Source: a virus (taxonomy: Duplodnaviria; Caudoviricetes). From it: a stretch of 64,000 bases of DNA. Below, one piece after another: positions 50,680-61,019 of this stretch. The stretch lies in IMG/VR virus record IMGVR_UViG_3300029305_002470, positions 1-64,000 of that record; one strand, 5' to 3'. Each line of letters begins with the position of its first letter. Positions within the stretch are counted from its first letter, which is position 1. Both the position numbers and the translations under genes were made by a program. The notes under the pieces were generated by a model. The model was not told the DNA's origin. It was given only the letters and a program-made list of their open reading frames with translations, and did no database searches.

Positions 50680-51420
50680 ATTGTGCTTGTTTTTAGGACA
50701 TTGAATGTACGGTTTTTTACTGAATGTATTGTTTTTGGTGGTAAATGTAAAGTTTGTTTTACGTATGTAAAGTATTCTTTACATGGAATAATAGTTTGGA
50801 GATTGTGTGGAAAGAGGGTAGATTAGATGTGGAAATTTTGTAATATACAGGGATATTTAAATGTTGGAAAAGAGTTGGAATTTTAAGGGGTTGAGGGAAT
50901 TTAGGTATATAGTTTATTGCTGGCTGATTCATGTCTGATGACTGGTTTGGTATGGCTTCGAAGAACTTGAAGTTAGTTATCTCTAACTCGTTTGAAAAAT
51001 ACCCCCTCTTGCATAAAATTTTTGTGAAAAAACACAAAATAAGGGATAAAAAAATAGTGAAAATGATTATTTTCACTAAAATAATATATCATTTTATCGG
51101 TCAACTTGATTTTATCTTTTGTTCAAAATCACAAAAAATCAGCTTATATTGCACTGTTTTTTGTGTATTTTCACAATATAACGTGTTCTAATATGGCGTT
51201 GAATTTTGTGGTAAAACACAAAAAAATCCTTAAAATTTGTGTAAAATACACAAAAAATATTGTATACATGTGTACCATGCAAGCGTATAAATACAAGTAT
51301 ACTTGTATACAATAGCGTGTATACTTGTACACACAACACAACAATGTATACAATCAAGTAAATGTATATATGAATACATTCATCTGTATACTTGTATACA
51401 TATGTATATATATTCATATA

Positions 51421-51510
51421 TTAGCACTCATTCATTGTGAGTGATAACAATAATTAGCACTCGTTTATATTGAGTGCTAACTATTAGCACTCGTATTCAG
51501 TGAGTGCTAA
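51421..51510. promoter_or_regulatory. three tandem CIRCE elements (HrcA operators)
   Basis: TTAGCACTC-N9-GAGTGCTAA at 51454-51480 and 51484-51510 (perfect), and 51421-51447 (one mismatch). Confidence 0.9.
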
Positions 51511-51531
51511 TAGTTAAAAGTTTCACAATAT

Positions 51532-51594
51532 TGTTTCACGTGAAACATAACAAAATATTTTTATCTTTATTGTACCTTTGTTTCACGTGAAACA
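51532..51594. promoter_or_regulatory. two parS sites (ParB/Spo0J)
   Basis: TGTTTCACGTGAAACA at 51532-51547 and 51579-51594, matching the bacterial chromosomal parS consensus. Confidence 0.9.
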
Positions 51595-52211
51595 TTGTAC
51601 CATTGTACTAATACATTAATACAATAATATACATGTTAAAAAAATATCAATATTGTTGCTATACACAAATTATGAATGTTTCACGATATAAATTTTGTAT
51701 GTTTCACACAAATAGTAGAATTTTTAACGAGAGTTTTAATAAACTAACTTTTGTGTTTCAGAACAAAAAATTTAAAAATTATTTGTGTATTCAATACAAA
51801 ATTGATAAATTTTTAACGCTATTTTCAGTATAAAAATGAAAAAAACATAAAAAAACAATTGTGTTGTAAACATAAAAAATTTAAAAAAAATTTGTGTAAA
51901 TACACAAATAAAATATAGCATGTCAGCAATACGATTTTATCATATTTTCAGAGCCTCAAAACGTTGAAATTTCAATGCTTCCAGCCTCAAAAATAGCAAA
52001 ATGTTTTTTCAGTTTCCTTCATTATAACGCGTGTAAAGCCCTTCTTGAATTGTATTATTGTATTAATACAGTCATACAATAAAGTCGGTTTAAACTGACA
52101 ATTGACACAACTAAAAAAATTCTTAAAATGATAATTGCAAGGCGGCAAAAAGTCCGCACATTCTCACATAGTCGGTTTAAACTGACAAATACAGAAAGGA
52201 AAGGTTACATT

Positions 52212-52832
52212 ATGAAAACTACAAACAACGCAAAGGTAAAGGTTACAACTCTTAACGCTCAGACAATTGAAATGCTCAACGTTCAGCTTGATATTATCAA
52301 ATCAAAAGGTACAACGTCACTTAATGCTGATATTGCAAGGGCAAAGGCACTCTATACCATTAAAGATGCCGCACTCTATGAGTGCGACAATTGCAAGTCC
52401 TTTAAAGAATGGTATAACGTAAAACATGACGGTACAATCTATGGTATTACGTACAAATCAGCTTGTATTCTTATCAATACATATGCTAACGTATGGTCAC
52501 ATAAAACATTTAAGGCACTGCCTTTATCAATTGCGTGCCGTATGGCGTCAGCTTGCAAAAATGCTGACAATGTAAAAGCATGTGAAAGGCTTGTTGCGGA
52601 AGGTAAAATTAAGCCTGACATGACACAAAACGCCATAAATGATTTACTTAAGGCGGAAGGTATTGTAAAGGCAAAAACTGACAATTTGAGTGCGCCAGCA
52701 CCAAAAACCGCTGACGCTGACAATGACACCGTAAAGGTTGCGCTTGCTATGGTCAACGCTTTTATGAAAAGCAATTGCAAGGATGAAACAATAATGGATA
52801 ATTGGAACGTCATACTTGATGCGCTTAAGTAA
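52212..52832 (+). CDS. hypothetical protein, first gene of the early-type region
   Basis: ATG 52212 after AGAAAGGAAAGG; own promoter and terminator. Confidence 0.75.
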   Translation: MKTTNNAKVKVTTLNAQTIEMLNVQLDIIKSKGTTSLNADIARAKALYTIKDAALYECDNCKSFKEWYNVKHDGTIYGITYKSACILINTYANVWSHKTFKALPLSIACRMASACKNADNVKACERLVAEGKIKPDMTQNAINDLLKAEGIVKAKTDNLSAPAPKTADADNDTVKVALAMVNAFMKSNCKDETIMDNWNVILDALK

Positions 52833-52845
52833 TTCATACTCACAT

Positions 52846-52880
52846 ATGACCGCCGAAAGGCGGTCATTGTTTTTTCTTTT
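52846..52880 (+). terminator. intrinsic terminator
   Basis: ATGACCGCC-GAAA-GGCGGTCAT followed by a T-rich tract. Confidence 0.85.
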
Positions 52881-53014
52881 TTTATACGTGCGCATTTTTC
52901 TGAATAAAGCGGATAAAATTTTGCCCACAAAGGGATTTTGCGGAGTCAGTTTAAACTGACAATTAGCAATTAAAAATTGCCGTAAAATAAATTTGCGAGT
53001 AAAATTTTGCCCAC

Positions 53015-53046
53015 TTGACAATAGCAGAAAAATTTTATACTATAAT
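53015..53046 (+). promoter_or_regulatory. sigmaA promoter
   Basis: TTGACA-17-TACTAT(AAT); similar promoters at 54949, 58519 and 60364 (TTGACA-17-TATAAT with TG extension). Confidence 0.7.
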
Positions 53047-53113
53047 AGTGGATATTAAATCCGCCACTCAAAAAGTCAGTTTAAACTGACAGCTTAAGAA
53101 AGGAAGTGCTTAA

Positions 53114-53428
53114 ATGAAAACAAAAATTGCAAGACAGATTCAGTTTAATAAATTTGATAGAATTCACATTGACAAAACTATCGACCTTTTGGTTGATATG
53201 TGCAATATTATGCTTGATGCGGTTGATGTGGGCGATGAATTTGATTCAATTACAAATATTGATATGTGCGATGCAGATACTGGAGAGGTTATTGCTATGC
53301 GCTCAGAGCTTGAAAATTGTGCAATGACACTTGCGAACCTTTGGAATTATATAAAAGATAATATTAATGAAGATATTAATATAGAATGTCATGAAGCAGG
53401 CAAGATAAAAGTTGACAGCATGTTTTAA
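53114..53428 (+). CDS. hypothetical acidic protein
   Basis: RBS AAGAAAGGAAG. Confidence 0.7.
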   Translation: MKTKIARQIQFNKFDRIHIDKTIDLLVDMCNIMLDAVDVGDEFDSITNIDMCDADTGEVIAMRSELENCAMTLANLWNYIKDNINEDINIECHEAGKIKVDSMF

Positions 53429-53675
53429 TTCTGTTATTATAATGGTGGGCGTGGATTTTGCCCATGCTCACCATTGTTTCAAAATGAATTCAGCAAAAGT
53501 CAGTTTAAACTGACAATTCAAAATTGAATTCAAAAATCCATCTTAAAAATCGAAATGAGAATTTAAAATGCGCTTTTAAGTTTTGATTTAGATTTTTGAA
53601 ACTATTTTTGAATTTTAGTTTTGAAATTCTATTATGAAATTCTAATTTCAGTTTTTAATTTTGCGAGGTGTAATT

Positions 53676-54002
53676 ATGATTAATTTTGAAAATATTGCAA
53701 CATATAATCTGTATGTTGGTCTGAATGACAAGGATAAATATGTTCAGATTATTGATGATGATTTTGCTATGCAGACAGTGCGCGATGTCGTATCTAATAT
53801 TGTAGGTGGTGCGACTTTTACAAAATCATTCGGACATTGGGTGGATGAATTCGGAAATGAAACTACAGAATCGACTATTGTTGTTAAAATTACTGCGACA
53901 GATGATGCGCACATTGAGCGCATATGTGAAATTCTGAATTCAAAATTAAATCAGAATTGCATAATGGTTGAGAAAAGTTTGTCGCAGATTGCCTTTGTAT
54001 AA
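53676..54002 (+). CDS. DUF3574-like protein
   Basis: LYVGLND...GAT.....G.W.D..G....E...V; start moved to ATG 53676. Confidence 0.55.
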   Translation: MINFENIATYNLYVGLNDKDKYVQIIDDDFAMQTVRDVVSNIVGGATFTKSFGHWVDEFGNETTESTIVVKITATDDAHIERICEILNSKLNQNCIMVEKSLSQIAFV

Positions 54003-54098
54003 TTTTAGATTGAAAATTTGGCATGAATTTTCATGCCATTCTTTGAATCTAAAATGAAATTCTAATTTGGATTTTTAAAATAGGAAGGTGGGCAAACT

Positions 54099-54329
54099 AT
54101 GTATAGACAATATGAGAATCCATGGGAATTGGAAGAAGAATTGGCTAAACTTGAATATGAATTAACTATGGCGGAATATGAGGGTACATCCGATGAAGAA
54201 TTGGCTGACATTCAGATGTCAATTTATGAAATGAAAGACCGCATAAATTTCGCATGGCAGGACAATGAATTTGAATGCGATAATTATGACTATGCGGATG
54301 AATTGTGGATGATGGAAAACTGCTATTAA
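54099..54329 (+). CDS. small highly acidic protein
   Basis: RBS AGGAAGGTG; strongly D/E-rich. Confidence 0.7.
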   Translation: MYRQYENPWELEEELAKLEYELTMAEYEGTSDEELADIQMSIYEMKDRINFAWQDNEFECDNYDYADELWMMENCY

Positions 54330-55057
54330 TTTTGGTCTGAAATTTTGGGGCGGAAATTTTGCCCCATTATTTGAAATCAAAATTGAATTTCTAAAATAAA
54401 ATTATGAGGTGATATTATGGAAAAATGGTACAATTATGAAACTGAAAATCCGATTATTAAGGATGAACTGCGCAGATATTTTCATGAGAATAAAATCAAA
54501 TATGAATTATCCGCATGTTTTGATGGGTGGCATTTTGAAATTTACCTTAATGAAAATGAGGTTGAAAATGTAAACTCATTTTTGAATTCTATTTATTAAT
54601 TCTGATTTAGATTTTGTGGGGTGAATTATGAAACGAATTTTTAATAAGGTTATGTTTTATTTTGGGGTAATTCTGTTTATTCTTGGATGGAGTAGTATTG
54701 ATAGTGAACATAATTTAATAGCGTTCATTATGGCTTTTGGCGGTCTTGGTATTGCATATTTGAATAGGAGTGTGTATTATGAATATAACAGAGAATATGA
54801 TGAAGAACTTTAGCATAATTATGCGGATATATTGGGATGATATATGCGTTGCTATATTCGGATATAATTCGGAATCAAAATTCTATACGGATTTTATACA
54901 TGAAATGGATAATCTTATTACTAATGGACGCATTGAAGTTATGCGATTTGACAATCTTTAAAGCTTATGCTACTATAATTATGGGTTTTGAAATTGCCCA
55001 CCGAAAGTCAGTTTAAACTGACAAATTCAAATTGAAAATTGAAAAGGAGATTTTAAA

Positions 55058-55219
55058 ATGGAATTTGAAAATGTAATCAAAGCTTTTAATACATGCAAGG
55101 ATTTTAGCGAATATGATGAACGTGAGTGGGATTATTTCGATGATGATGAATTTTATGAACGCACCGAAGATTATAATATACCATATGATGGTGAAGATTG
55201 GGGATTTGGTGAATTTTGA
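55058..55219 (+). CDS. 53-aa highly acidic protein
   Basis: Below the ORF track cutoff; AAAGGAG RBS; MEFENV...WDYFDDDEFYERTEDY...GEF. Confidence 0.7.
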   Translation: MEFENVIKAFNTCKDFSEYDEREWDYFDDDEFYERTEDYNIPYDGEDWGFGEF

Positions 55220-55300
55220 TTTGAGAATTTGAGTCTAATATGTTAGACTCATTTTCTGAAGTCAAAATCTAATTTCAAATTTTAATTATGAGGTGACATT

Positions 55301-55615
55301 ATGAATACTATGCACTATAAGAATGATAAAAATTGTGATGTTCGCCGTGAGATTATTAAAAAGTATATTGGATATGGCAATGAAGTTTTTAGGGCAGAAG
55401 TAGACCGTGGTCATAAAAACGGTTCTGAAATTCATGTTGTAACTGATAGTGGTATTATTGAAATTTATAATACAAGAACCAAAAAGCATATTACAGATTT
55501 GATTGCAAGACCGAATCAGATTAAGCGTGTTTATAATGCCAAGAATGAATTTGCCCCAAAATGGTTATTAGATATTGCAAAAGATAATATGGATAAAGGT
55601 TATAACTTGGTATGA
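55301..55615 (+). CDS. hypothetical protein
   Basis: VDRGH.NG.EIH.VT..GII.IYN...IT.LIARP.QI.R. Confidence 0.7.
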   Translation: MNTMHYKNDKNCDVRREIIKKYIGYGNEVFRAEVDRGHKNGSEIHVVTDSGIIEIYNTRTKKHITDLIARPNQIKRVYNAKNEFAPKWLLDIAKDNMDKGYNLV

Positions 55616-55921
55616 AATTCTAATTTAAGAAAGGAAAATGAATTATGAAAATCGAATATGATTTTAGGGTTGATATGACAGTTTGTGAATTGGTGCAGTA
55701 TCTTTATGATGAATTACAGAATGAGGCAAGACATACTGATTATATTATTAGTCGGAATAAATGTGATGATGTATCTCATTTTTGGATTGAAGCAAGTATT
55801 GCACGTGAAAACAAACTTTATGATTTAATAGATGATATATGCCTTAAGGCACATCAGGCAGATGAATAGTTTTGGTGTATCAGAATCGAACTGAAATTCC
55901 AATTTGAAAAGGAGAATTCAA

Positions 55922-56257
55922 ATGAAATATTATATTACATATTATGAAGCATATCCGATTTATGAGCCAGCAGAAGGCGGATATTATTATGAAGGAATTA
56001 ATGCGGTTGAGTGGGCATATTGGGATGAAGAAAATAATTTTGATGAAGTCTTTAATCATATTGGAGAACTTGCCGAGAAATATGACCTTAAAAATCTAAA
56101 CATAGATAAGAAATGGGCATATGATATGGTAAATGAATATGGTAATATTATGGTTGCTATAGATAGGTCAAAATATATTGGCGATAATAGGTATCTATAT
56201 TTAGAAAATGAAACCGCATTTAAATCTGAGGAATGTGGTTGGCATCCTTATGAATAA
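55922..56257 (+). CDS. hypothetical acidic protein
   Basis: YPIYEPAEGGYYY motif; AAAGGAG RBS. Confidence 0.7.
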   Translation: MKYYITYYEAYPIYEPAEGGYYYEGINAVEWAYWDEENNFDEVFNHIGELAEKYDLKNLNIDKKWAYDMVNEYGNIMVAIDRSKYIGDNRYLYLENETAFKSEECGWHPYE

Positions 56258-56500
56258 AATCGAAACTGAAATTGCGGGGTGAAATTATGAAAATGGCAGA
56301 TTTTTTTGAAAGATTTGATGCGTTTTTTAGTAATTATAATAAAATTACAATGTTAGTAGAAAATTGTAAACATTCTCGTAGAGATTATAATATTACAACA
56401 CATGAAGCAGTTCATTATAAAGAAATGTGGTGGAGAAATTTAGAAATCGAATATTTTTCATTTGATTATGATAATGTATTGTATATCGTAGCAAAGGAGT

Positions 56501-56983
56501 GTGAATAATATGAAAATCAATCTGAAAAAAGTAATCTCAATTATGATTCTTATTGTAGCTTTTGAAGTAGTATATCTCATTGGGTTTTATATGCCTAACA
56601 AAGTTGCATATGGTAATTCAGAAGAAGAAATTGCCACGGAAAATCTGATTTCAGAAGATGAAATGGAAATCGAAAATGAAGATTTAATTTCGGAAAATGA
56701 AATTGCCGAGTGTGATTTGACAGACAATGAGGATTGTGATATTATAATAACGGATGATGAGTCCGATGTTAACGATGAAGATATTGTTGAGATTGAAGAA
56801 TCAGAACCTACACTTGAAGATATACTAATTGATGAATGTCCGTTTTTTGTAATAGATGAGATAAATGAAATTGATTCTTATGCAAAAGGAAATTGGTATT
56901 GCTATTACATTTATGCAGATGGTGATGTATACGTTGTAACAACAAAGAATGGTCACGTTGATATTTGTGTACAGTTGAATTAA
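56501..56983 (+). CDS. membrane-anchored acidic protein
   Basis: N-terminal TM followed by a D/E-rich domain. Confidence 0.65.
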   Translation: MNNMKINLKKVISIMILIVAFEVVYLIGFYMPNKVAYGNSEEEIATENLISEDEMEIENEDLISENEIAECDLTDNEDCDIIITDDESDVNDEDIVEIEESEPTLEDILIDECPFFVIDEINEIDSYAKGNWYCYYIYADGDVYVVTTKNGHVDICVQLN

Positions 56984-57052
56984 AAGTCAGTTTAAACTGA
57001 CCAAAATTGAAATGAAAATTTAATTTGAAATTCTAAAATGGAGAGGTGAATT

Positions 57053-57346
57053 ATGAACGCATATGAAATCAGACTTAATAATGTAAAGCTTATGCACAAT
57101 ACTATGATTGATATGAATAATGAGAACGCATATTTTACATGGATATATATAATGCCAGATGAACCTATGGAAGATGATTTTGAATGGTTCGCAGAAGATG
57201 AAGAAAGATATATAGAATTATATACATCATTTATGCGTATATTTAATAGGTATATTAAAGATGGATTGTTTAATCCGAGTGATGAGGTGGTGGATTTTGC
57301 TCATAAATTTAAGGAAGAATTTGATATTTTTAAATGGGAACATTAA
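57053..57346 (+). CDS. hypothetical acidic protein
   Basis: GGAGAGGTG RBS. Confidence 0.7.
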   Translation: MNAYEIRLNNVKLMHNTMIDMNNENAYFTWIYIMPDEPMEDDFEWFAEDEERYIELYTSFMRIFNRYIKDGLFNPSDEVVDFAHKFKEEFDIFKWEH

Positions 57347-57987
57347 AATTGAATTTGAAATTGTGAGGTAAAATTATGACTTATATTGTAGACTTTGTAA
57401 TACATGGATATCATGAGATAGAAGTTAAATCTGATAATTATGAGGATGCTATAAGTTCGGCAGAAGAAATTATGAGCATGACAGATTTTGGAGCATTAAA
57501 TTATGATATAGATGCTGAAGTATATGCTGTCGAAGATGAAGATGGTAATACAAGATATGAATTTTGAGGTGAATTATGAGTGAGAAAATTGAATATCTAA
57601 TTTCAAAATTAGCAGAGAGTTATATTGATGAAGCATTGTCAAGACAGTGTGGACAGATTATGTTTGCGGCAGATGATATGGAAATTAGCGTTGAAGATTT
57701 GAATATATTATTGGATTGGTTTGGTATAAATGAAGATGATTATTTAATATGAGGTACGATTATGGTACGAGAACATATAGAATATATTTCATTATCGGCA
57801 GAAGAAGATAAAATTGTAACTGAATTTAAAAATATGTTATCAAATTATCTTTCCGATATTGAAAAAGAAGATGCGTTTCCTACATTATCAGATACATATT
57901 TAGATGCACAGCATCTATTAGAAGTTTTAAATGTATTTATTAGAAAGAACATACGTTAATTTTGAATTTGAAATTGTGGGGTGGATT

Positions 57988-58314
57988 ATGGAATTCAAAG
58001 AATTAATTCGGAAATTTTATCCAAATGTTAATATAGTTATGATGGAACTGTGTCCATATTATGATTCGGCTAAATCATTTTATGGTAAAGCAAAAGTTTT
58101 TGAAATTGGAAATGATGTTTTTCTTATGAGTTATGATACTATTGTGGCATCTTATAATCGAGGTGCAAAAATGGCACAAGTATTTGATACTTATAGTGCA
58201 ACTACGCTTAGACATATTAAAGAGTTTTTAAAACAGAGTGGATTTAAAGCTGAATCAAAAAAGCAAATTGAAAAAGATTATTGCCTTGAAAATTTGGGGG
58301 AGAAATATGTTTAA
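57988..58314 (+). CDS. hypothetical protein
   Basis: KSFYGKA.V...LMSY.T.VA...YS.TT.RHI.EFL conserved phage-type motif. Confidence 0.7.
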   Translation: MEFKELIRKFYPNVNIVMMELCPYYDSAKSFYGKAKVFEIGNDVFLMSYDTIVASYNRGAKMAQVFDTYSATTLRHIKEFLKQSGFKAESKKQIEKDYCLENLGEKYV

Positions 58315-58703
58315 TATTGAAATGGAATATATGAAATCGTATGCTAAAATTGCAAGCGAAGCAATCACGGCAATGGCATTAGTATGGGAACAGATGCAGT
58401 TTAATGAAACAGAACCAGAAATTTTGGCAGAGGATTATCCACTTGACAAATCGTTTGATGAATTTGCATTTGAATTTTCACAGTGGATTCATAATTGGAC
58501 TTAAAAATTTTGCTTGACTTGACAGCCTTATAAAAGTATGTTATTATAATAGTGCGATGAGAGATGGCACAAAAAACGTGGTGTGTTTGTCTTTCCTTTC
58601 TAAATATAAAATTCCATTTCTCATCGCAACTTGAAATTCTAAAATCAATTTTAAAATTCTAAACGAGTCAGTTCAAACTGACTGAAAGATTAAGAGGTAA
58701 ATT

Positions 58704-58991
58704 ATGAATAGATACAGAATTTGCGGAACAGTTAGCGTTGATGTTTATGCTGAAATTGATGCTCCAACTTTTGAAGATGCTATGGAATATGCAAGAGATA
58801 ATTTCCGTATGGAAGAATATTGTAATGGCAGTGTTGGTTGTGAAGATGGTAGTTATGAATTTGGAGATGCAGAAGTAACTTGCTGTTGTGATATTGATTG
58901 GTATGAAGATTATTCTGAACTTGTCGAAGAGAATGTTGAAACTGAAACTGACATTTGGGAAACAGAAGAAGAAAATGAAGAAGAAGATTAA
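58704..58991 (+). CDS. highly acidic hypothetical protein
   Basis: AAGAGG RBS; ends ETEEENEEED. Confidence 0.7.
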   Translation: MNRYRICGTVSVDVYAEIDAPTFEDAMEYARDNFRMEEYCNGSVGCEDGSYEFGDAEVTCCCDIDWYEDYSELVEENVETETDIWETEEENEEED

Positions 58992-59192
58992 ATGGGTATG
59001 CGAATTGCCGCTGGAAATTCAAGCTGAAATTCAAAATGAAATTTATGATTTGTTTGTAGAAATTGGCATAGATAATTTGGAAGAATCTGTAGAACGTGCT
59101 ATGAATGAAAAGCTAATTAATATTATTGGTAGTGAATATGGATTGTTACCATATGAGAAATATGCTAAATATATTTTTGAAGGAGTAGACAT

Positions 59193-59435
59193 ATGAAAAT
59201 CTATACTGAAGATTCAATTCGTAATTTCAATTTCTGGAGTGGTGCTTGTAATACCGTAGCAGATTTAATATGGGATGATTTTGATATTATAGAAGAAAAT
59301 CTCGAAGTGCTTTTTAATGGCGAGATGACAGATACCGACCTTAATGATTTCTTTTGGTTCGAACGTGATACTATCGCTGAGTGGCTTGGTTATGATAATT
59401 ATGATGAATTGATGCACGACAGAAATGAAGATTAA
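59193..59435 (+). CDS. hypothetical acidic protein
   Basis: FNFWSGA...LND.FWFE.D.I.EWLG conserved phage-type motif. Confidence 0.7.
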   Translation: MKIYTEDSIRNFNFWSGACNTVADLIWDDFDIIEENLEVLFNGEMTDTDLNDFFWFERDTIAEWLGYDNYDELMHDRNED

Positions 59436-59686
59436 TCTAACTTGTTAGATTGAGGTGGTGGTATGAGAACAGTAAAACATTATCCAAGAAGTTGTTATTT
59501 TCCAAATGAAATTCAAACTCGAAATGCTATGCGTGAATACGATGAGAAGAAAAGAATTTGGTACGAAGAATTGGAAAGATTGTGTCCTAATTATTATCAG
59601 TTAGGATTAAGAGAGCGACAGCCAATTCGCGCCGAAGTAGATAAGATTGTAGGTTTTCATTTAGATTATTAGAAAGGAATTTCAAA

Positions 59687-59947
59687 ATGAAAAAATGGAC
59701 TGTGTATAAAGTTTATGCTGAAGATTATAAAGATATTTATAGTATGATTGTGCCAGCACCATCTAAAAAGGAAGCCGAAGATTATGTGCGGCGTGGTGGG
59801 CTTGACATTATAAAAACAAAAGAACTTTCGGATTTGAAAATCAATGTTGATTATCTTGGTAATCATCTTAGAAAAGAGGGTTATGATGAAGATGGCATAG
59901 ATGTTATATGTAGACTTATTCAGATGGTTGGACTGTGCGAGGTGTAA
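59687..59947 (+). CDS. hypothetical protein
   Basis: AGAAAGGA RBS. Confidence 0.65.
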   Translation: MKKWTVYKVYAEDYKDIYSMIVPAPSKKEAEDYVRRGGLDIIKTKELSDLKINVDYLGNHLRKEGYDEDGIDVICRLIQMVGLCEV

Positions 59948-59949
59948 TT

Positions 59950-60312
59950 ATGAGAGAGATAGTTGATTGGAGAATTACAAAGCGAACTAAGCTTTTGGAA
60001 ATCAATAATGATATGTGTCATAATTATTATTATCTTATTAATGGACGCATTAATAATGCTGACCGAAGTGCATATAGAAAATTTAAATTCGTAATTTGGT
60101 TTGATATTTTTGATGTCGATGAATTTTTTAATCATGTTGAGGATGATGTATGGCTTGACCGACCAATTACAGATGAAGATATTTCAGAATATGTAGACGA
60201 ATGTATATGTTGTTATACTGATATGATTTATTCATATGAAAATTGTAATGACTTTTATAAAATGTGTAATGATTCTATTGTAAGATATAATGAAATAGCT
60301 AAACATTGGTAG
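59950..60312 (+). CDS. hypothetical protein
   Basis: GAGGTG RBS. Confidence 0.65.
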   Translation: MREIVDWRITKRTKLLEINNDMCHNYYYLINGRINNADRSAYRKFKFVIWFDIFDVDEFFNHVEDDVWLDRPITDEDISEYVDECICCYTDMIYSYENCNDFYKMCNDSIVRYNEIAKHW

Positions 60313-60431
60313 GTTGAAATTCGATTTGAAATTCTAATCTGAAAAGCGTTATCAAAATCTAATTTGACAGATTAATAAAGCCATGCTATAATAATATATA
60401 TCAATAAAAGTGAGCCGAAAGGAGCGCAGAT

Positions 60432-61019
60432 ATGAAACCTTATGCACTTAAATATTTCAGCACTGATTTTTTAAAAGATGCAGACATTACTAAGATTGGT
60501 ATGTATGTTTGGACACCATATTCTAATATCAAAGATGAATTTAGGGATGAGGTTGATGAACCTTGGACAGATGATTATGATGAAGAATGTGTTCCGATTT
60601 TTGAAAACAATCTTTTTAAATTCTGTATTGACCCTATGAATTATGAATATTGTATGGGTTCATATTTTGAAGAAGAATTACTTGATGAATTTTTCGACAA
60701 TGTAATTAAACCATTTAATCATTATATGGTATGTGCATATCATTGTGATTGGCGTGGCAGAAATGGATATAAAATTTGCGATAGTCTTGCTGAAGCATTT
60801 TGCAGAGATTACGATGTAACACAGTATTATGTTGGTGGAAGCAGTGGTGGAAAATCAATCTGTATTTGCGAACATAGTCATGATGTTCCAATGGGACATA
60901 CCACAATGATTATTGGACTGACAGATAAAGAATATGAAAAATTTAATCATTGGGATGTAGCTTTTGAAACTGTATTTGATTTTGCAGATAGAAATTCTAA
61001 ATCAATTATTGAAATCTAA
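60432..61019 (+). CDS. hypothetical protein
   Basis: Behind the promoter at 60364; AAAGGAG RBS. Confidence 0.7.
   Translation: MKPYALKYFSTDFLKDADITKIGMYVWTPYSNIKDEFRDEVDEPWTDDYDEECVPIFENNLFKFCIDPMNYEYCMGSYFEEELLDEFFDNVIKPFNHYMVCAYHCDWRGRNGYKICDSLAEAFCRDYDVTQYYVGGSSGGKSICICEHSHDVPMGHTTMIIGLTDKEYEKFNHWDVAFETVFDFADRNSKSIIEI

Noticed and set aside
50759-51833. Short ORFs in the non-coding island
   Set aside because: Low-complexity translations, no RBS, and they overlap the palindrome arrays
51022-51907. TTGTG..CACAA palindromes as Rex or Crp/Fnr sites
   Set aside because: Arm spacing is N6/N7, not the N8 those regulators need
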